A DNA stretch of 62,780 nt, counting the filler, from Globobulimina sp. (lineage: Eukaryota), in assembly GCA_003354225.1 (NCBI GenBank). It is 48 parts of 48 records of this genome, joined end to end, with 100 filler letters (N's around TTAATTAATTAA, not from the genome) between each part and the next. Parts side by side here need not be neighbours in the genome. Positions count along the whole stretch, not along the records: positions 60,263 to 61,471 come from PIVH01020933.1; positions 61,572 to 62,780 come from PIVH01020934.1; 46 more parts are not named here. One strand, given 5' to 3'. Below, piece after piece: positions 60,425-62,780 of the stretch. A program made the position numbers and the translations under genes. The notes beneath the pieces are model-generated. The model ran no database searches and had not been told where the DNA came from. It saw nothing but the letters and a program-made list of their open reading frames with translations. How positions within the stretch are numbered: the stretch's first letter is position 1; every line of letters begins with the position of its first letter.

Positions 60425-61009
60425 TCGATATTGCAATCATTTTTCAAAGTGATTGAATTAAAACCTCGATCATTTAATTTATATGTATCCCTATGTCGTA
60501 AATATTGTGCTACTTTTAACTCCGGTTTGTTTTTGGCTGGTGGATTATCAAAATACATTTGAATTTGATACGCTTCAAAATTTATCTGTTCGAGTCCAAG
60601 TTTTTGAAAAACCATATTTGCTCTTTGATTAAACAAAGAATTGATTTCTTTGTAAACAATTTCATTTTTATTTGCCACGTATAATTTTAGCGTTATTTTT
60701 AGTTGCATTATGATCTTTTGTGAAAAGAATCTTCAAATTAAACCAAACAGTGCGTTTGTGTGCAAACCATTCCATTGGGGCATTAATCGTATATCGCTTT
60801 GGTGTTCCAATTGATTTTGTATCATCGATGACACAATCTTCATTATATTCCTCTATTTTTTTGAAATCAGATAACCAAAAATTAAACATTTTATCACCAT
60901 GTGTTTCTGTTACAAACTTTTTACAAAGCAAAACACCAGTATTAATATTTTCAATTCGTAAAAATGACGTAATGATTGTGCCTGTTCCTGCCTCCATTGG
61001 AATTCTCAT
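60412..61009 (-). pseudogene. Frameshifted hypothetical gene terminating inside the MITE TIR
   Basis: Two overlapping same-strand ORFs (60668-61009 and 60412-60708). The stop TAG lies in the TIR. Confidence 0.4.
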
Positions 61010-61019
61010 TCAGTTTCTG

Positions 61020-61225
61020 AGTATAATTATATTCATTATACCTACAATTATATATATTATATTCACTATAATTACACTCATTATACCCATAATTATACCC
61101 ATTATACCAGTATAATTACAAGTATATCATTATATTATAGGTATAATTACAAGTATAACGGTATAATAGAATATAATTATGGGTATAATACAGTATAATT
61201 ATAGGTATAACAGTATAATTATAGG
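61020..61225. repeat. Degenerate TATAATTA-based low-complexity repeat
   Basis: Directly visible. Confidence 0.7.
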
Positions 61226-61572
61226 TGTAATTGGGTATAATTGTACTGTCACCAAACCGCCGTTGAGCCATTGTTTGTACTAATATTTATCGACAATAAA
61301 CTGATAAAATATTGCTTCAAATGGCTCGAATACACTGTGATCCAAAGACATGAGCGCCCGTCCTTCCGTCGTACATTTCTTACACTCACAATACCCAGAA
61401 ACTAATTGTTCTTCCACACAACTTTTTGCCTCAACCTTTAACGTCTTTGTCAAAAACAATCCAATCCAACANNNNNNNNNNNNNNNNNNNNNNNNNNNNN
61501 NNNNNNNNNNNNNNNTTAATTAATTAANNNNNNNNNNNNNNNNNNNNNNNNNNNNNNNNNNNNNNNNNNNNA

Positions 61573-61869
61573 ATCGGAGAGAGCACGATCTTGATTGCTT
61601 TGTTATTGACAGTGGCATTTCTAACTTCATCTGTTATGGCTATTTGGGCTTTGGTCGGCTCGACGGTGACATTTGTGATTGCCTTTACTTTGCCAGGATT
61701 GTTTTATGCGAAAATAAGGAGGCATAAAGGATGGAGATTAAGGAATGTTTGTGCCGTTATAATTGCCGTTGTTTCATCATTTGTTGCCATTTTATGTACG
61801 TGGCAAGCTGTTATAAATATGGATGTGGAGCCATGTCCATTTTCACCGCCATCTCATTCGCTTTCGTGA
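61573..61869 (+). CDS. Amino acid transporter (AAAP/SLC38-like), C-terminus
   Basis: IWALVGST...IAFTLPGLFY and final TM helix. Confidence 0.75.
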   Translation: MGESTILIALLLTVAFLTSSVMAIWALVGSTVTFVIAFTLPGLFYAKIRRHKGWRLRNVCAVIIAVVSSFVAILCTWQAVINMDVEPCPFSPPSHSLS

Positions 61870-62151
61870 TATATAGATAATGATAATGTAGTTTTATTTT
61901 AATTATTGATTATTAAATAAATTTATATACAAATTATCCCATTTTTTGAGCGTCGGAAATTATTAACTTGCGCTAAAAAAAACTTTTCAGTGTACCTAAA
62001 TTTAACAGCCTGGGAAAAATGCAACAAAAATATGGGGGGTTGGAAAAAGAATAAAAGTATATTGGTTTGGATAAAATAATGGTAAAAGTTATTCATTCAC
62101 TAAAATAAGATACAAACACAAGCATTAATTTCGATTAACAATTTTACAATG

Positions 62152-62780
62152 TTAACCATACACTTTTTTAGATTTAAAGGGTCCATCAGTCTCACTCTCA
62201 GAGCTATATTCATAATGTGTCTCTTCATTAATTGTATCCAATTGCTTATATTTGGAATTTAAATACCATGTCGAACTAAATGCATTTTCTCCCTTCCGCA
62301 TCAATTTTGCTTTAGAATGTATGGGCATGTCTCCATATTGTTGTTTCTCGCAAAACTCAATAAAAGAAACGCAAGCAATACACAACACCGCCATTATTGA
62401 CATCCATACCCCCGACAATACCATGCCATCAATCGCACCCATTGAGGACACCAAAGCTGTCCCAATGAGCGAGGCTGTGCCACCAAAGAACGCAGCTCCC
62501 AAATTATACCCAACTCCATAAATTGTTACTTGATTTTGTGTATTTCAAAGCAAAAAATAAATACAAATTAATATATTAATGTCGATTTATAAATACCTCT
62601 CGTTCGTGGATCAGCTAACAATGTATTAATGTACCAAAAGAATATACATCCCCAGAGCGGCACACATGACAACACCAATAAAAACTGCAAGAACCAATTC
62701 ATGACTGATGATCCCGAAATGGATAGTCCATAAAACAAAAATGGCGACACAAATATAACAATCACCGACGACAGGCATAA
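62152..62780 (-). CDS. MFS transporter, MHS/ProP-like, C-terminal part, intron 62529-62596
   Basis: Splicing gives PRTRVTIYGVGYNLGAAFFGGTA followed by a final TM helix. Confidence 0.8.

Noticed and set aside
1212-61571. Regularly spaced TTAATTAATTAA as a biological repeat or CRISPR-like array
   Set aside because: Always embedded in N runs of fixed length; it is a six-frame-stop linker. ORF extensions containing X are artefacts.

Overview
This window is not one locus. It is 48 unrelated short contigs sorted by length (15 x 1211, 18 x 1210, 15 x 1209 bp), joined by 47 artificial 100-bp spacers (N44-TTAATTAATTAA-N44, which has stops in all six frames). Nothing can be inferred across a spacer. 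Most contigs come from an AT-rich, gene-dense protist with short (about 40-80 nt) GT-AG introns; gene style suggests a foraminiferan or other rhizarian, but this is inference. A minority look bacterial (Bacteroidota surface proteins, a proteobacterial-type SDR and an integrase), metazoan (a nematode-style gene, a CR1 LINE, a mariner MITE, a small secreted peptide gene) or possibly viral. Several contigs carry deletion, inversion or tandem junctions typical of whole-genome amplification. The best lead is a spliced gene fusing CAP-Gly, cytochrome b5 and a hemerythrin with all seven iron ligands (49801-50999); the ORF track misses most of the hemerythrin. Other leads are a ~170-bp MITE family seen in three contigs, a 1092-bp circular-looking contig, a DIRS-type tyrosine recombinase with an altered catalytic motif, a phage-type VFGDN/GGQA domain next to a PH-domain gene, and a prepropeptide ending in CTPPTC. 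All family calls are from motif recognition by eye; no database search was run.
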